DNA of 64,000 bases, taken from positions 24,366,001 through 24,430,000 of the forward strand of contig NC_043017.1 of NCBI RefSeq assembly GCF_006345805.1, written 5' to 3'. Below are positions 36,242 through 49,619 of this stretch, piece by piece. The stretch's first letter is position 1, and every line of letters begins with the position of its first letter. The notes below the pieces were generated by a model that was not told where the DNA came from, searched no databases, and saw only the letters and a program-made list of their open reading frames with translations. This DNA comes from Octopus sinensis (Eukaryota). The position numbers and the translations under genes are program-made.

Positions 36242-37559
36242 CTAGGACAGATACATGAGAAGCAGCTGGTCAATATAGGGGTCAGAAGCACAAGAGGAAT
36301 AACAAAGCTTAATTGCATAGAAGCTGACCACTTTGAGAGTCCAGCCATTCTTGTTCTTCTTAAAAATTACTGTTAATATTACTCGAGAAATTTAAAACCC
36401 AGATTATCACAATGCACATTTCATATATATATATTTCTGGCTGACAGAGCAATCATCAGATCGGTGTAGCAATTCAAGAGTATTTCAGGTATGTACAATC
36501 TGATGATTACTGCCTGACAAGAAAGTTGAAATAATAAAAAAAAAGTAGAGAAGTTTATTTAATTCTGATACAATAAATATCCATTCTGCTTCAAGTATCG
36601 TGCACTCTTTGCATTGATCATAACACCACTTGCAAATGCAAACATACAAACACACACACAACATTCACTTGGACAAAGCCTAAAAGTAAAAAAAAAAAGT
36701 GTCATCTCATTACTCTATAATCAGTAAAAATTCTATTCTTCTTTCTCCCTACAACAATTAATTAATAGATAGTTATCCTCCACTCTAGGTGATTGTGAAG
36801 AGAAGACATACAGCTTCAGGAGCCTGTCAACAATTACTAAGAGAATATTAAATGTTCATTCTGGTCTAATTTGAAAAGGTAAAAAAAAAAGCTGATATGA
36901 ATTACACTTATTTTGCGGAAAAGTAGAAACAGTTATGTTTAGTATCAAAATTTCAAAGAATTGTGCTTTTATGATCTCCATTAGATAAATATATTTTTCA
37001 AAACTTTCATAACAAATTTTGTATAAGACATTCTAGATCAGAAGTTCAATAGCTCAATGCCTTCTTCTTTGCATTAATTATTTAACCACAAATTCACAAA
37101 AGTGTCTTGTTTACACTAACCAGATTATGGAAGTAATGTTAATTCATGAACATATTTATCTGTGGTATAGAACTTTTAGTCTCTCAGCCATAATAATTCT
37201 TTGTACTTGTATTTACTGCCATTGTATTAAATAAAATCTTATTTTTGAGCTCGTGTTTGTATCCATCCACTAATCCTGGGAGGATCATGTCGACAGAGTA
37301 TAGGGTCCTCGGGTACTGCTTCTATAAAGGTCATATAAACAAAATAATCATCACAACAGTGGTGGTGCCCCAGCATGACTGCAGCTTTCAAGCTGAAACA
37401 AGTTGAAGAGTCAAAGAGTTTTTCCTGGCACAATTCCCAAGCATGACCAACTGAAGCTATGATATTATCTAACAATCTTGCTCTTGCTCTAGCCCTAGGT
37501 CTCCTGCCAAGTTGGCTTGGCTTAAAGAATCTGTCTAGTGATTCCTTCCTGCTGTATTA

Positions 37560-38255
37560 AATAATAATAATAATAATAATAATAATAATTGTGTACAGTG
37601 CTCAGGTGCACTACAACTCATCTAAAGTGTATATATAATCAGGTGTAGTTTCGGCGGATTTCGGAAAGCATGAGGGCCTTAAAAGATGCAGTGTCATGGC
37701 AGTCAACAACTGACGCAGGCAGTTTATTCCATGCTTCAGCAACTCTGAGCGTGAAAAAATGTTTCCGAAAGTCATGGGAGCTGTATTGTTTTCTGACTTT
37801 GTAGGCATGTCCACGTGTGTTAGACACATGGAGATCAAAAAGGTGTTCAGTGTTGTTGTTGGTGAGGTGGTTGATAACTTTGTGGGTGTTTACCAAGTCC
37901 GTCGCCAAACGCCGGAGCTTCAGTGAATCCATGCCCAGGGAAACAAGGCGCTCAGAATATGGTAGGTGTCTGATGGAGGGTATGCGTTTGGTTGCACGTC
38001 TCTGGACAGATTCCAGGAGATCAATGTTCTGTGCAAGATAGGGGTTCCAAACTGATGATGCGAATTCCAAGTGTGGTCGTACCATAGCTGTATACAGTTT
38101 TAAATAGATGGCTGGAGAGCGGCTAACAAAAGACCTGCTGAGTGATGCCAAGACACCCTCGGCCTTCCTGACAATCTTAGAGATATGCTTTGACCAACGC
38201 AAATCACTGCTGACAGTGATGCCTAGGTCACGCTCGCAAGAGGATTTCTTGATAT
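37560..38255 (-). mobile_element. 5'-truncated CR1-like LINE, uninterrupted ORF2 C-terminus
   Basis: ERDLGITVSSDLRW..LYTAMVRPHLEFASSVWNP..LESVQRRATKRIP..TRGH..FFTLRVAEAWNKLP; (ATT)n tail. Confidence 0.93.
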
Positions 38256-38404
38256 TCTAACCATGTGTCCATGGTACCAGAGCTGTGATCTATTTTATAC
38301 TTTCCAACTTCAGTAATGTTACTATTCAACAAATTCATCCTTGAAAAATTATTAACCACAGTAATAAAGTATCTGATGTACAAAAGATAAACATGCCACT
38401 GAGT

Positions 38405-38730
38405 AAATCATCATCATCATCATCATTTAACGTCTATTTTCCATGCTGGCATGGGTTGGATGGTTTGACTGAGGTCTGGAGAGCCAGTGGCTGCACCAGG
38501 CTCCAATCTGATCTGGCAATGTTTCTACAGCTGGATGCCCTTCCTAACGCCAACTACGCTGAGGGGGTAATGGGTGCTTTTTACATGCCACCGGCACAGG
38601 AGCCAGTCAGGCAGGCCTGGCATTGATCACATTCAAATAGTGCTTTTTACGTGCCACTGGCATGTGGGCCAGTCAGTGGGTACTGGCATCGGCTATATTC
38701 AGATGGTGCTTTTTACATGCCACCAGCATG
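38405..38730 (-). mobile_element. RTE-tailed VNTR retroposon
   Basis: (CAT)n tail, GGATGCCCTTCCTAACGCCAAC core and three ~65-bp GGTGCTTTTTACRTGCCAC units. Confidence 0.8.
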
Positions 38731-38984
38731 AGCTTTTTTCAGTTTCTGTCTATCAAATCTCCAAATCTGCTCACAAAGCTTTGGTCAACCCAGGGCTGTA
38801 GTAGAAGATGCCACATAGTAGGACTGCCACATAGTAGGTGCCACATAGTAGGACTGAATATTACATATATATATATATTAGGAAGAAGGGGAAAAGATTT
38901 ATGACGGGCAGGAAAAAATATAGAGGTACTTCTCTGAAATTCAATTAATAATTTTACAAATTTAAAGGTGCATTCATGACTTAA

Positions 38985-39206
38985 CCCTTTCATTACTGTA
39001 TTTATTTTGAGATGCTCTGTGTTTCTTTCAATTACTTTAGATATAACAAAGAATTCAGTAAAATAATTTAGTTATCATTAAGCTAGTGGTTAGGAACATT
39101 AATTGTGACTAAGGTTTGGTGGAAGATTTTAATTCAAAACTTATGAAAACAAGACATTTGTACTACAGAGCCAGAGCCGGTTTCAGCCGGGTTGGTAACG
39201 AAAGGG
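38985..39206. mobile_element. piggyBac-type MITE, TTAA TSD
   Basis: TTAA|CCCTTTCATTAC...GTAACGAAAGGG|TTAA, 222 bp. Confidence 0.87.
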
Positions 39207-39480
39207 TTAAATAGACAATTCTCTGATAAACTTGAAAATACTTTGAACCCTCAGTTATCTAGAAGTAACTGTTTTACTTCCTTTTATCAACCATTATTTA
39301 TCTAATTACCTTAGTTTCCATGACACAAGGTGCTGCAAATATTTCTCCCTTTCTCGATAGGAGCATTTTATTCAAACTGGTTTCACATTCAAGAAAATTA
39401 AAGGTCAGCAACATAAGGTAAGGGAACAATTGTCATTCATATAGCAACTCTTAACTCACTTATGTCAGCAGCAATGAACT

Positions 39481-39845
39481 CTCTTTTTTTCTCTTTTACT
39501 CTTTTACTTGTTTCAGTCATTTGACTGCGGCCATGCTGGAGCACCACCTTTTAGTACTTATTCTATTGGTCTCTTTTTGCCGAACCGCTAAGTGACGGGG
39601 ACCTAAACACACCAGCATTGGTTGTCAAGCAATGCTAGGGGGACAAACACAGACACACAAACACACACACATATATATACATATATACAACAGGCTTCTT
39701 TCAGTTTCCGTCTACCAAATCCACACTCACAAGGCATTGGTCGGCCCGGGGCTATAGCAGAAGACACTTGCCCAAGATGCCACGCAGTGGGACTGAACCC
39801 GCAACCATGTGGTTGGTTAGCAAGCTACTTACCACACAGCCACTC
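39481..39845 (-). mobile_element. SINE family 1
   Basis: Nearly full-length match to the family. Confidence 0.88.
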
Positions 39846-39911
39846 AATTTACAGTAGGTTGGACTGAGATTATCAAGAGTTAAGTGTCTTTGCCAATAAA
39901 ATGGTGTAATG

Positions 39912-40085
39912 CTATGGTTCCCAACCTGGGGTCTGCGGACCCCTGGTGGTCCTCAAACAGAGTACTGGGGGTCCATGAACTAAATTCAAAATTTCATAAG
40001 GATAAGCATATTAAAAGGGGTCTGTGGGAAAACTCATTTAAATAAAAGGGTTGGGAACCACTGTGAAAAGGGTTGGGAACCACTG
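39912..40085. mobile_element. hAT (Charlie-type) MITE with duplicated right end
   Basis: CTATGGTTCCCAACC...GGTTGGGAACCACTG, with the right end present twice; flanks GTGTAATG/GTGTTAAG (6/8). Confidence 0.75.
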
Positions 40086-41732
40086 GTGTTAAGGGACCAG
40101 TGCTTCCCTTGTTAACCATTTTATACATCTAAAGCTGCTGGAAATTACTCTCACTACAACGGAGAGGTTCAAGTGACTTGGATTTATATCATAAATCTTA
40201 TGTTCTTCTAATCATCTCAGTTTGTTTAAGCTGGAGAAAAATATTTATGACAACAAAACTGCATTCAAGTCACGATTAATACAAGGTGTATGGATTGATA
40301 AAGATTTGACAGGATTAGCTATGGTGAGGTACTAGAAAGGAGGATTAACAGATAGCAACAGACATACCACCCATAAATAAGAGATGCTAAAATTTGGAAT
40401 AAACACCTCTAGTCAAAAGTTTCACAAAATTTACTAAAAAAAACTTAGTATACCTATCTAAGGATAAAGTAGAAGACTAATATATATGAACAAATAATAA
40501 TTTATACCAACTCATTACAATATACATACATATATATATATATAGCAACTAGTTACAGAAGAGATTAATTATATAAACACTGGTACTAGATACAGTTGGA
40601 AAGACCAACAGATAATATCAACTTCTTACAATATATATCTTTTATCTTTTACTTGTTTCAGTCATTTAACTGCCAGCCATGCTGGGGCACCGCCTTAAAT
40701 GGGTTTTTTTTTTAGTTGAAGAAATTGACCACAGTACTTATTTTTTAAGCCTGGTACTTATTCTGTTGGTCTGTTTTGCCAAGCTGCTAAGTTATGGGGA
40801 TGTAAACACACCGACACCAGAGAGAGAGAGAGAGAGATCAACTAGTTATGGAAGAGATTAATTAACTATATAAATATTTATATTAGATATAGGTGGAAAA
40901 CGAGAACAGAATAAGCCTGAAACAGTCACTGAAGCTAATTCAATAATGTTACATCAGGACATACATTAAAAACAACCAACAATCCATCACAGACCTAACT
41001 CGATAAAAACACCTTAAATTAAAATATGCAGAAGAGATTTCTTCAATTCATCATAAATTAAGCAATTCACGTTGTAAGGTATATTTAACAATAATTAAAG
41101 TGTCTCATATAACTGTTAAAAAGAATTAAAAAGAACTTTTGAAACTAGCATGCAAACTTTTGTAAAGACAAGTACGTGGAGCCTTATATGATAAACCAGT
41201 ATATGAACTGATCCTTTGCATAAACTGGCATGTGAGCCCTTACATAAATTAGCATGTCAACCTTTTATAAAACTGTTAGTCAAACCTCCTTAACAATCAC
41301 ACCTAATGGATCTCCACATCAGTTCCAAGAATAATTGTTCAAGTTGTTCATTCAGTTGAACTACTTACTCTATTACAATACATGTGACTGAGTGTTCAAG
41401 ACAAGTACACTTATAACATAAGCTTCAAGTACCCTTATGATATAAGCATCAACCAACATGAGAAAACAAGACTTTCATAGTTACTGTCAGTTCAATTTTC
41501 ATTCAGAAGGATCTCGCATCAGTTTCAACAATAATTGTTCTCGTTGCTCAATCAACTGAACTACTTACTCTGTTACAATGCATGTAGCCGAGTATTCCAG
41601 CTAGACTTCCATAGTTTCTCTTTATTCAATTTTCATTCAGAAGGCTTGGGCCAATGCAATGCTACAGTAGACACTTGCTCAAGGTGCCATTAAGCCTTGT
41701 ATCTGGTTTCTTCTGCAATTATTATGATAGCC

Positions 41733-42055
41733 CATCATCATCATCGTTTAACGTCCGTTTTTCCATGCTAGCATGGGTTGGACAGTTCAACTGGGGTCTG
41801 GGAAGCCAGAAGGCTGCGCCAGGCCCAGTCTGATCTGGCAGTGTTTCTACAGCTGGATGCCCTTCCTAACGACAACCACTCCATGAGTGTAGTGGGTGCT
41901 TTTTACGTGCCACCTGCACAGGTGCCAGACAAGGCTGGCAAACGGCCACGATCGGATGGTGCTTTTTACCTGCCACCTGCACGGGGGCCAGACGAGGCTT
42001 GCAACGGTCACAATCGGATGGTGCTTTTTACGTGCCACTAGCACGGAGGCCATGG
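41733..42055 (-). mobile_element. RTE-tailed VNTR retroposon
   Basis: Same family as 38405. Further copies at ~43613, 47560, 48090, 52200, 54465, 54865, 55800 and 59425. Confidence 0.82.
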
Positions 42056-43579
42056 TAACTAAAAATTCTGCTCCTTCCCCACTTCAATCCCTTGATCTCA
42101 TCACTTGATGTATGTTGTTTCCTTTGCCATCGTCCACTCCCCTCCATCTCTCTCAGATCCCCAAATAAACATCTGCATTGTCTTCTGAACTACTTTCTGT
42201 TAGATTTCCTTTCCCCGTCCAGTTTTACCAACTAACCTAATCAGTAACGAGTCAAAATAATCATTAATCTCACTAATCGCATCCAGTCTAGACAAGATTA
42301 AAGTGACTGCAGACACTGATACTCCTACTAAAAACATTACGCAAATAAATGAAACAAGAAACAAAATAAACTGTCCCCCACCTCTTCTTCCTTCACAGCA
42401 AAATAAGAATCAAGATTTTTGTGTTTTGGTCACTAATCAATTTTAGCACGATGTAAATATTGATTTCTTTTGACTCAGCACAAAAGAAAAAAATTTTTGC
42501 ATGAAAAGGACTTAATTTGATTGAATCAGTTCCATTGCACTATCAGTATTTATTTGATTTGATTCCTTTAGTCCCAAGAAGATGAGGCAATGTGGAGCTT
42601 GGTAATAATTTGAACTTAAGATTCTACCCAAACCAACCTTCTACTTGTTGAACGAGACTGAATCAATGAGGGAAGCATTAAATGGTTGCATGACCCGTTA
42701 GAAATAGCAACCAAATACCCCTTAAATAATACTCTGCTACTGACTTAACTCTTCAGCATTCAGATTCCCCTGTCAAATGTAATGCTTATTTTACCTGTTT
42801 CAATCATTTGCCTGTGGCCATGCTGGGGCACTGCCTTAAAGTTTAGTTGAATGGACTTGCCTCCAGTATGTATTTTTTAAACCTGGTACTTATTCTATTA
42901 ATTTCTTTTGCTGAACCACTAAGTTATGGGGATGTAAACACACCAACATCATTTGTCAAGCGGTGACGGAGACAAACAGACACTCACACACACACACACA
43001 CATATATGACATGCTTCTTTCAGTTTCCATCTACCAAATCCATTCACTAGGCTTTGGTCAGCCTGAAGCTATAGTAGAAGACATTTGCCCAAGGTGCCAC
43101 ACAATGGGATTACAGCTTTGGGACCAGTTTAAATGCTAAAAGGTTAAAAAAGGAAAGGACATATAGGATAATCGAGTCCTATAATATCCCAAAACAAAAA
43201 AAGAGGGTGTGGACAGAAGTGGAGGGTGGGCACGGTTGAATGCCTGTGATCTGTCCAGTCAAGGTTGATCAAGGCCTGCAATAACAACCCTGGCCTCACT
43301 ACACTTGCATTCATCTACATTCAGAATCCACAAATTTAGGTCCAACAGGGGACAAAGGTATCTCCAGAGTTGGTAAGAGAACTGGCTGGAATTCAGTGGA
43401 GAATTAGGGTCCTACCCACTACCCCCACAATATAATATTGAAACTGAAGTCAATTTCTAATTATTTCAATCTTGAATCACTACGTGCAGCAGTTGTGTAC
43501 TAAAGGTTATGAAATAACCACACAATAATAATAGACAACTATTGACAACAAAAACCTTAAAAAGAACAAAAAGATCCCA

Positions 43580-43615
<36 letters not shown>

Positions 43616-44444
43616 TCATCGTTTAACATCCGTTTTCCATGCTGATCTGGCAGTGTTTCTACAGCTGGATGCCTTTCCTAACGCCAACCACTCCGTGAGT
43701 GTAGTGGGTGCTTTTTATGTGCCACTGGCACAGGGGCCAGAGAAGGCTGGCAAACAGCCATGATCGGTTGGTGCTTTTACGTGTCACCGACACGGACGCC
43801 AGTCAGGCGGCACTGGCACCTGTCATGTTCGGACGGTGCTTTTAATATGTCACCCACATGAGTATCTTAACTACAATTTCCATTTGATTTTTATTTTGAT
43901 GTTGGTGTTAACATACTTGACTCAATAGGTCTCCTCAAGATATATATATATATATATATATTATTTAGCAGAAGTAACAGAGTCACTCTGTTGCTGTTGC
44001 TTCAGCTAAATATTAATATATATACATATATATATAGTGTGTCTGTAAAGTCATCTTTGCCAGGCAACAACTGGAGTATCAATTATATATGTGGAGGGCA
44101 ACAAATAGAAGTCACATCAAACTGCACTAAACTGTTGCTCTCTTATTCAACATGAATATGAAATGTAAACTGTCACAACTTACATCAATAAATTATTTTG
44201 AAATGCCACCATGACTTTACACACACACACACACAAAAAAAAAAAGCCATTCCTCAAGTGCTCTGCTTGTTATTTCCAGCAATGGCTCAGACAAAAGTAG
44301 CATTGATTTTCTTAGGTTGTTCAATTTACCTCAATTGATCAATAGACCACTTGAGTAAAACTATCAGTAATGCACCTATAACGACTGCTGGAAACAGCTG
44401 TAAGCCAAATTTGCTTTAATAAATGAATTATATGTAAGGACTAT

Positions 44445-44785
44445 TATTACCTCCACCTTAGTGAAGGCAGAGGTATTGTTTCAGTCATGTTTGTTTGTTT
44501 GTTTCTCCATGGACAAGATATCTCAAAAACCACAGGATGGATTCGGATGAATCTTTCAGGGATGTTTGGCCTCGTGACTGGCACAAACTGATTAGATTTT
44601 GGGATCGATCCAGTACCGGACAAGGATTCTGGATTATTTTTCCGTTTTTTTTTTTAATTTTTTAATTTCATTTTTGAGAGTGGTTGGGTTCATTATTTAT
44701 ATTCTCGTTTGTGAGAGTAGGCAAGTTTATTTCTGATATTCTCATTTTAAAGATAATCTCCGGTTAATTGTTGATATTCAGCCTA
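44445..44785 (+). mobile_element. Helentron/HINE-like non-autonomous element (partial)
   Basis: TTATTACCTCCACC...GGCAGAGGTATTGTTT start followed by a (GTTT)n tract and GATATCTCAAAAAC...GGATGGATTCGGATGAA, the architecture of DINE-1/pearl-like elements. Confidence 0.55.
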
Positions 44786-45879
44786 CCACTCACACCAGTA
44801 GATCATGCACCAAACGTGACAGACTGGTCAACCCATGAACAAGAGTAATTAAAGATGGAGAGCTTAATGTTTTAACAAAAATGAAGTTTCATATTGAAGC
44901 TTATTTATTTGGATTTAAGAACAATTTCTCTTCCATTTAATAATTTTTAACACAAAGAGTTGAGAGAGGTGGGGATGGAGTGAAATTTGGTTAAGCTTAA
45001 ATCTAAAAGAAACAGATTATAAATCTTTATCAAATCAATATAATTACACGCACACAATTAACTATGCATTATTTTGTAGCTTCAAGATTTTGATGATGTG
45101 ATCCTTTATTTTTAGAAAGACATTGTAAAATAGGTGTGAGAGGCCAGATCAGGCCAGTTTTAATATAAAACGGGTACAATATTTGAGCTGGACATGGTTG
45201 GTTTAAGTGCTAAAGCATTATCTAGGAAAAGGTGAGCACATAAACTCACTCACTCACACTCTCTCTTTCTCAGATTCTTGACTGAAGGTCTACCTGTCTT
45301 TCTAGCACTCGTTAACCCTACAATGTCACACACTTCCAGATCCAAACCCCGCTGTGCTACAAGACTTCCACCTACGCCTTCCTTCCCAAAACAGCAGCCA
45401 TTTGGAATTTTCCGTCAGCCAACATTACCCCTTCATATTTCAACCACAACACACTGATTCCACCTGTCTGGATGATTCCCTTCCTGCTTTAACTCACTAA
45501 ATGAAAGAAAAACAAACCCTCTTTCCCCCTCTCACACACACACACATACACACACACACAATAGTATCCAATAGTATTACTTAAAACACACTGTATAATG
45601 AATGTAGCTGGGAGGAGGGGGTGTTCCATACTGAAAATAACAAACTATTAAATTAAAGCAATGTCAATCACCTAATGTGAAAGGTGCCAGCAGCATGCAC
45701 AGACATGTGCAGTTAGAGAAACAGCAATGGTAGTTATTATCTAAAATAAATTCTACAATTTCTATAGCAACCTCATCTAAACAATAATCATGCAAGCTTT
45801 CTAATAAACGATGATGATAATAATAATAATAATATAATAATAATAATAGTAGTAGTAATTAAAAAATCGTAATAATAGA

Positions 45880-47060
45880 AAATAAATAAATAAATAATAA
45901 TAATAATTTTTTCAACTATAGGCAGAAGACCCGAAATTTTGAGGGATGGGGGGGTACTCAATTACATAATATCCTAGTGCTCAACTGATAACCATATCAC
46001 TGACCCCCAAAAGGATGAAAGGCAAAAATCAATCACAGCGGAATTTGAACTCCAAGTAAAACCAGAAAAAATGCTACAAAGCATTTTGTCCAGTGTGCTA
46101 ATAATAATAATAATAATAATAACAATAATTATGGTTTCAAATTTTGGCACAAGGCCTGCAATTTTGGGGCGGGGTAAGTCAATTACATTCACCCCAGTGC
46201 TCAAGTGGTACTTAGTTTATTGACCTCGAAAGAGTGAAAGGCAAAGTCCACCTTCGTGGAATTTGAACTGGACTGAATAGCATTAAGCATTTTGCCTAGT
46301 GTGCCAACGATTCCACCAGATTTCTGTCTCAGCTTGGTATAATAATAATAATAATAATAATTAATAATAATAATAATTAATAATAATAATAATAATAATG
46401 GCTTCAAATTTTGACAAAAGTCTACCAATTTTAGGGAAAGATAAGTTGATAACATTGACCCCAGTGCATGACTGTTACTTATTTTATCAACTCTGAAAGG
46501 ATGAAAGGCAGAATTTGAACTCAAAGCGTGAAGACAGATGGAATTCCGCAAAACATTTTGTGCAGCATACTAACAATTCTGCTAGCTCACTGCCTTTCTT
46601 AATAATAGTTTCAAATTTTGGCACAAGGCTAGCAAGTTCAGAGGAGGGGTAAGTTGATCGTATTGCCCCAGTACTCAAATAGCAGTTATTTTATTGACCC
46701 CAAAAGGGGCATTTGAACTCAGAATGTAGAAATGCTTAGAAACATTTCATCTGGTGTGCAAACAATTCCGCTAGTTTGCCGCCCCGACTGCCTTTCTTAA
46801 TAATGATGATAATAATTATAATAATCCTTTCTACTAAAGGCACAAGGCTTGACATTTTGGGGAAGAGGACCAGACGATTAACATCGATCCCCAGTGTTTC
46901 ACTGGTACTTAATTTATTGCCCCCAATAGGATGAAAGGCAAAACCGGCCTTGGCAGAAATTGAACTCAGAACGTAAAACCAGACGAAATACCACTAATAT
47001 TTTGCCAGGCATGCTAACAGTTCTGTCAGCTAGCCACCTTAATAATAAGTATAATAATAT
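45880..47060 (-). mobile_element. Head-to-tail stack of about 6 SINE family 2 variants
   Basis: Co-oriented copies separated by (AAT)n tracts. Confidence 0.85.
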
Positions 47061-47083
47061 TAATAATTATAATATTTATATAT

Positions 47084-47118
<35 letters not shown>

Positions 47119-48044
47119 TTCTCCTGTTTACCTAAATGATCAAGTTGTTTTGGGCAGTGATACAAAAGAATTCTTTTTGTACAAAGCAAGATCTCTTGAC
47201 TTGTGCCACAATAATACACACCCTGCAATATGGTTGGTGAACAAGTAGAGAAGGTTTAGGAAGGAGAGGTCTCTTTAGTCCTGTTTCATCAAGGACACAA
47301 GCTCTCAAGTGCTGAAGCAATGAGTATTCTTTATAGAGGTTGTTGAATAATGTTGAGGGTTAAAACATTTTAAGTATATTCTTAGCAAGAACATGACAAT
47401 TTCTTTGGTGCTGGTGCCACAATAAAATTTACACAGGACACACTGTAAAATTGTTGATGTTAGGAATAGCATTCAACCACAGATACCAAGCCAAAGATGA
47501 AACATTCAAGTATTACCCTCACAGATGGGTGGAAGGACATGTGGGCAGTCATTATTATCACTATCATTTAAAGTCCATCTTCCATGCCAGCATGGGTTTA
47601 ACAGAAGCTGGCAAGCCAGAGGATTGCGCCAAGCTCCACTGTTTGTTTTGGCAAGGCCTTTACAGCTGTATGTCCTTCCTAACACCAACCACTTTCCAGA
47701 GTGGACTAGGTGGTTTTTACAGCTGGATTCCCTTCCTAATGCCAACCACTTTACAGAGTGGACTGGGTGGTTTTTATGTGATACCAGCAGTGTATCCCAA
47801 TGCGGAGTGTGACAATTAATTCAATGCATAGAGAACAGACATAATTTACTATGGAAGGCAGAGGGAAAATGTGTTTGTTATGAAGTGTATTCTGGTTTTG
47901 GAACATGTACACAACATCGCTATGTCCTAAAAGGTGATGAAAAATTTGGCAACAGAAAGGGCGTTCAACCATAATACACCACCACAGAAAACCCATCCAA
48001 CTCATGCCAGCATGGAAAAACTGACATAAAACAATTGATGTCAA

Positions 48045-48080
<36 letters not shown>

Positions 48081-49265
48081 CATTTTCTATACTAGAATGG
48101 GTTGGATGGTTTGACAGGAACTGGCAAGCCAGAGGACTGCATCAAGCTTCAATGTCTGCCCCAGAATGGTTTCTAATGCAAGATACACTTCCTCATACCA
48201 ATCATTCTACAGAGTGTACTGTATGCATTTTACATGGTACTAGCAGAAAGTGAGATCACCAAGTAACTTGCAAGTCAAGACCCCTCAAATGAGGTGGTGG
48301 TGGTGATGGCGGTGGTGGTGGGGTTGTTGAGAGAGGTGGCGTTATGCCAGACAATGAGATGTGAAGGTATGATAGAGAGATAGGAACAGGCATCTTGCTG
48401 TAGGAGAAATACGTGGTTAGCCCAGTTGGAAGCGAAGGAGGATAGCAGTGAAGATGTGTCAGGCTATTCACACCTACAGTAAGGTGAATAATAAGTGGTA
48501 TGGGTGGGTAAGTATATACCTGTGAGAGGTGAGTGGCATGCATGCACACACACACAATTTGAATGAAGAAATAATAAATTTCCTGTAAAATATCTGCCTC
48601 AGTAAATTCTGTCTGGCCCCATGCAAGCATGGAAAAGAGGGCATTAAGATGATAAGAGCGAGAAAAAAAATTTTTAAGTGAGAAAAAAGAAACATTTAGA
48701 TATCCCACTTTAAAACAACGCTAAGAATTTGTAGGGGTGGGGTATAAGTCAAGCAAATCAGCCCCACCCTATACTTGACTGGTACTCAGTTTGTTAACTT
48801 TGGGAAGACGAGCGGCAAAACTGATCTGAAATCATTTGAACTTGGAATATAAAGGAACAGAATTATATACTGCAAGGACAATTAGTCTATTGTCTGTCTC
48901 AGAAAATTAACATTATTTACTTCTTTATTTCTTTGATTTAGGAAAAGGAGATGTGTGGTAAGTGCTCATATATATAATGATGATATAGTAATAATTAAGG
49001 AATAGAGATAAATATCAATTGTTAATAAATAATTATTTATAATTCTTAATTCTTTGGAAATATAATTAACGCATGAATGCAATTATCAAACTCTAGATAT
49101 CTCAGTAGAAATCTTATTATTTTCAAAAATCAAAAATAATTATTTTCTTCATCAAAATCAGGAAAAAAAAAATGAGCAAATAAATTAATTAAATATAACT
49201 AAACAAAACTGGTTATATGTAAAACGTTTTAAATCTTTTTTTTAATGAGTAACCAAACTAATTAC

Positions 49266-49427
49266 CTTTAGGTAACGAAGGTGAGGTCTTAGATACCAGG
49301 TTGTCCAAATTAACTAGTGCTGCGTTCTCGCCTAGGAAATCTTTGGGTGTTTTCTTCTTATTTTGCTCCTGATCAGGTAAATCTTTACCAACACCAGACA
49401 TAAGCCAGGGATCTGAAGTTGGTGTTC
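49266..49427 (-). CDS. EPN: Epsin exon (DPW, KTPKDFLGENAALVNLDNLV)
   Basis: Acceptor AACAG| at 49428 and donor AAAG|GTAAT at 49265, phase 1-1. Matches vertebrate epsin KTPESFLGPNAALVDLDSLV as recalled. Too short for the ORF track. Confidence 0.93.
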
Positions 49428-49619
49428 CTGTTCATTTTAATAGAGAATGCAAAGCAGTTGAAATTTAAAACATGTATCTTTGTACTTTTGGATAAATATA
49501 TACTGGGAGTGGGAAGAAAATGAAATCATTTTAGATGTTTCTTCTAATTTCTTAACCATCAAGCCAACTAAATATCTATTTGATTCAAACAGCTTAATAT
49601 TTTGGCCTTTTATCTAAAC

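Noticed and set aside
37239-37550. Open minus frame RKESLDRFFKPSQLGRRPRARAR as an epsin exon
   Set aside because: The phase does not fit the flanking phase-1 junction, the frame runs into SINE-derived sequence, and it has no epsin motifs.
41890-42050. CRISPR-like repeat-spacer look of the GGTGCTTTTTACGTGCCAC units
   Set aside because: The apparent spacers are homologous to each other (whole-unit VNTR), sit in a dispersed retroposon, have no cas genes, and the context is eukaryotic.
43290-43430. Pro-containing minus frame as an epsin exon
   Set aside because: No polypyrimidine acceptor and no suitable donor.
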